This document shows, piece after piece, positions 63,017-64,000 of a stretch of 64,000 nt of DNA. Each line of letters begins with the position of its first letter. Positions within the stretch are counted from its first letter, which is position 1. Location: the NCBI GenBank assembly GCA_963665115.1, contig OY762007.1:4704001-4768000 (forward strand), given 5' to 3'. The notes below the pieces were generated by a model. That model saw only the letters and a program-made list of their open reading frames with translations. It did not search any database and was not told the DNA's origin. Source of the stretch: an uncultured Rivularia sp. GTDB lineage: Bacteria; Cyanobacteriota; Cyanobacteriia; Cyanobacteriales; Nostocaceae. Made by a program: the position numbers and the translations under genes.

Positions 63017-64000
63017 TCATCTGTAATCTGCTTGCTTATTGTCATTCATAAGTATTTTCGATGAAAAATCATAACTTGCTTCGGCAATATCTCGATCTGA
63101 AGATGACACTTGACGTGGTAATTTTATACGAAACAGCGCACCTTTTCCTAATTCACTTTCAACACTAATGTGACCGTTCATCATATTTACCAGAGCTTGA
63201 ACTGTAGATAAACCCAAACCCGTACCATCAAATTTACGGTTGGTACCTCGATCGAGTTGCCTGAAAGGTTCAAAAATATGTGGCATATTATCATCGGCAA
63301 TTCCAATCCCCGTATCTTCGACTGCTAATTCAACAGTATTGCTCGAATTTTCCGTTATTTTTACCTGAATGCTCCCATTATGCGTAAATTTAATCGCGTT
63401 TGAAAGCAACTTACTTAAAATCTGTCGCACGCGCAGCGAATCGTTATATAAAATAGGATTTTGTAAGTTGATATCAACTTTCATGGGCAGCTTTTTCGCA
63501 TCTGCTTCATATTGCATATCCGCAACGGTAATTTTTACCAGTTTCGCAACATCGAATACTTTTGGTTTTAAATCTAGCTTTCCTGCTTGTAGCTTAGAAT
63601 AATCTAAAATTTCATTTACTAGCATTAATAAATTTTTACCATTATTAAGAATACGTTCTACCATATCCTTTTGCGGTTTAGTGATTATACCGCACTTTGG
63701 GCGTAACAATAATTGAGAAAACCCAATAATTGCATTCATGGGAGTGCGTAATTCGTGAGATATAGTTGCCAAAAATTGTGATTTTAACTGTAATAGTTCA
63801 ATCAACTTCAGATTTTGTAGTTCGATTTGTTGTTTTTGCTGCTCTATTTGTTGATTTCGCTGGAAAAGCAATGCGTTTTTTTCTTGGACTTGTAGATGAA
63901 TGTCAGCTAATTGTGCTTGCATTTGGTAAATTCGCATAGCATTCCGTAGCGCTAAATCTAAAATATCTGGTGACAATTTCGATTTGTAAATATAGTCTGT
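63017..64000 (-). CDS. Histidine kinase, 5' part outside the window (probable N-terminal receiver)
   Basis: SHELRTPM, NAIKFT, DTGIG and GTGLGL; frame stays open to the window edge (TDYIYKSKLSPD). Confidence 0.92.
   Translation of the reverse strand, partial: TDYIYKSKLSPDILDLALRNAMRIYQMQAQLADIHLQVQEKNALLFQRNQQIEQQKQQIELQNLKLIELLQLKSQFLATISHELRTPMNAIIGFSQLLLRPKCGIITKPQKDMVERILNNGKNLLMLVNEILDYSKLQAGKLDLKPKVFDVAKLVKITVADMQYEADAKKLPMKVDINLQNPILYNDSLRVRQILSKLLSNAIKFTHNGSIQVKITENSSNTVELAVEDTGIGIADDNMPHIFEPFRQLDRGTNRKFDGTGLGLSTVQALVNMMNGHISVESELGKGALFRIKLPRQVSSSDRDIAEASYDFSSKILMNDNKQADYR

Overview
Chromosomal window from an AT-rich filamentous cyanobacterium (Nostocales/Rivulariaceae-like: frequent HIP1 GCGATCGC, heptamer tandem repeats, petN, nblB, crtD). 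Most of it is housekeeping (acs, ftsH, pntAB, rpmH-rnpA-yidC-jag, mnmE, hslO), interspersed with Uma2 genes, a CHAT/AAA_35 pair, a ParDE-like toxin-antitoxin pair and MITE/REP elements. The most unusual region is 52.1-60.5 kb. It is a type I-D-like CRISPR locus (WYL regulator, cas6, cas4, cas1, cas2, leader, 19-repeat array) with no cas3/cas10d/csc2/csc1 interference genes. Their usual position holds three other genes: a J-domain protein, a CCA/poly(A)-polymerase-like nucleotidyltransferase and a possible PLD-like/ParB-like protein. The WYL regulator has an atypical N-terminal domain and a repeated operator-like motif upstream. The array contains one strongly palindromic spacer and one spacer encoding an RTX repeat. 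Four conserved genes (pntB, jag, a CBS gene, crtD) carry +1 frameshifts; three map to GGGGWC runs and the jag lesion fits one, probably a systematic sequencing error. All calls come from reading the sequence; no database searches were run.
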